The position numbers and the translations under genes were made by a program. From positions 96,001 through 160,000 of the forward strand of contig CAVSBO010000016.1 of assembly GCA_963726195.1 (NCBI GenBank): a DNA stretch of 64,000 nucleotides. The letters run 5' to 3'. The stretch comes from Candidatus Thorarchaeota archaeon. Lineage in GTDB: Archaea; Asgardarchaeota; Thorarchaeia; Thorarchaeales; Thorarchaeaceae. Below are positions 62,537 through 64,000 of the stretch, piece after piece; position 1 is the stretch's first letter, and each line of letters begins with the position of its first letter. The notes under the pieces are model-generated. The model made no database searches. It saw nothing but the letters and a program-made list of their open reading frames with translations, and had not been told where the DNA came from.

Positions 62537-63331
62537 ATGGTCAAGAAACGCGCTGAGTGGCCACAGGCCGATGAGTATGCAGTAGCTCTCGCGACCAAGG
62601 TCGCCCCGTATGGTGCGTATGTGACATTACCAGAATATGGTGACAAAGAGGGCTTCATCCATATCTCGGAAATAAGCAGCACTTGGGTAAGGAATATCCG
62701 TAATCACATACACGAAAACATGAGAACGGTCGTCAAGGTGCTACAGGTAGACACTCAGAAGAAGCACATAGACTGCTCGCTCAGGAGGGTCTCTGCTGAG
62801 GCAAAGAGAGCGAAAAACAATGAGTGGAAGAGAGCGCAGAAGGCGGAGAAGCTCCTCGAAGTAGTCGCAAAGGGGAACAACATGACTCTCGAACAGATTT
62901 ATGACAGTCTTGGATGGCCGCTTGAGGATACCTTCGGGGAAATCTACAGGGGACTTGAACGCGCTGCAGATACAGGGGTCGAAGCCTTCAAGGACGTTAA
63001 TGCTCCGAAGGAATTGCTGGGGCAGATTGCCGATCTCGCAAAGACACGCATTGAGATTCCTTCAGTTGACATAGACGGCGAGCTTTCCATAGTTGTTCCA
63101 GGTCCTGCGGGGATTAACGTAATCAAGCAGGCCTTGACAGCTGCACTTGACCAAAGGAGCGTATACGAGAAATCCTCCATAGATATCTACGCCTTGGGGG
63201 CACCGCGATACAAGTTGCATATTGTCAGCCAGAACTACAAAGAGGCAGAAGAGATACTCCAGAGCATCGTGGACTTGGCCACCAAGGGTATCGAGGGCAG
63301 CGGCGGGACTGTGAGTTTCTCGCGCAAGTAG
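62537..63331 (+). CDS. eif2a: Translation initiation factor 2 alpha
   Basis: S1 domain YGAYVTLPEY, HISEISSTWVRNIR, GAPRY. Confidence 0.96.
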   Translation: MVKKRAEWPQADEYAVALATKVAPYGAYVTLPEYGDKEGFIHISEISSTWVRNIRNHIHENMRTVVKVLQVDTQKKHIDCSLRRVSAEAKRAKNNEWKRAQKAEKLLEVVAKGNNMTLEQIYDSLGWPLEDTFGEIYRGLERAADTGVEAFKDVNAPKELLGQIADLAKTRIEIPSVDIDGELSIVVPGPAGINVIKQALTAALDQRSVYEKSSIDIYALGAPRYKLHIVSQNYKEAEEILQSIVDLATKGIEGSGGTVSFSRK

Positions 63332-63344
63332 GTGGCACCGGGTC

Positions 63345-63524
63345 ATGACCCATCTTTTCAAGTGTGTCAAATGTGGCAGATATACCCTTCACGAAGATGC
63401 ATGCCCAATATGCGGGGGGCATCTCCGCGACCCTCAACCAGCCAGATTTTCGATCCAAGACAAATATGGCGAATACCGTCGCAAGGCGAAAAGGAGCTCT
63501 AGGGCACTACCTGTTGGCCTGTAA
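63345..63524 (+). CDS. nop10: H/ACA RNP protein Nop10
   Basis: Manual ORF KCVKCGRYTL...CPICGG...PARFSIQDKYGEYRR, directly after aIF2alpha. Confidence 0.93.
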   Translation: MTHLFKCVKCGRYTLHEDACPICGGHLRDPQPARFSIQDKYGEYRRKAKRSSRALPVGL

Positions 63525-63569
63525 TTCAATGAGCTGGGTAACACATGAAAGGGCGGCAGGCCAATCCCA

Positions 63570-64000
63570 CTAGTACAATTGGGTTGGTACCCAGAAAGTA
63601 TGCCACTCAGACGCCAGCGTTGGCTCACCCGAAGTGACTCGGTCCCAGAATAGCACCCGGATTTGATAATTCATTCCGGGTCGAAGATTGACCTCTTGGG
63701 AGTCGGTGGACCCAAATGGCAGAAGGAATTCCGTTGCATTAGCGCCGGATGCAAACTGAGTGACATTGGCGCCTGCCGTATTGTAAACCCAGTTGCCATT
63801 GTAGTCAATGTGACCATCATAGAACTGATGGCCCTCATAGTTGACGAGACGGAGATTGGACTTTTCTGGCGCACCCAGTGGGGCGATTTGAATCCCTATA
63901 GCATCCTTGCCCAAGTCATAGCCGGGCAGGTTCAAGCCAAAGTATATGTGAGTGGTATTTCCTTGGATGTGGACTTTGGCATCAAATCCGCCTCCTAGCA
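63570..64000 (-). CDS. Beta-rich, probably extracellular protein (C-terminal part; starts beyond the window)
   Basis: Frame open to the window edge; Gly/Asn/aromatic-rich, DOMON-like character. Confidence 0.55.
   Translation of the reverse strand, partial: LGGGFDAKVHIQGNTTHIYFGLNLPGYDLGKDAIGIQIAPLGAPEKSNLRLVNYEGHQFYDGHIDYNGNWVYNTAGANVTQFASGANATEFLLPFGSTDSQEVNLRPGMNYQIRVLFWDRVTSGEPTLASEWHTFWVPTQLY

Noticed and set aside
1-64000. CRISPR array or Cas12f system associated with the TnpBs
   Set aside because: No repeat-spacer array or cas genes were seen. The TnpBs have IS-type ends or tnpA remnants.

Overview
Archaeal chromosome segment, most likely an Asgard archaeon of the Thorarchaeota type. 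This is inferred from Sec23/24-like, Roadblock, Vps29-like and EMC6-like genes alongside archaeal information-processing genes. Most of the window is housekeeping: smc-scpA-scpB, hypE/hypA, tfrAB, fumAB, rqcH, pyrC, nadC, mutS-like, proS, nadM, rtcA, NOG1, psmB, taw1, translin, nfi, ribK, pcm, trm5, glyA, sec61beta, rpl44e, rps27e, aIF2alpha and nop10. There are four tRNAs; three carry introns at non-canonical positions, and two of those have two introns each. There are four TnpB elements: two IS200/IS605-type and a related IS607-type pair with RuvC-III Asp->Gln. An accessory island at about 47.9-59.5 kb holds (i) a HerA/VirB4-like ATPase + small protein + LAGLIDADG-fold protein operon and (ii) a candidate defence system. 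The latter is an RHH regulator with a decayed C5-DNA methyltransferase (not visible as a whole in the ORF track), transcribed divergently from HerA + wHTH-NurA-like nuclease, with an 8-bp-periodic CTAG array between them. Many genes carry single-base frameshifts. Most of these fall at AGCT, which points to long-read basecalling errors at a methylated motif rather than true pseudogenes.
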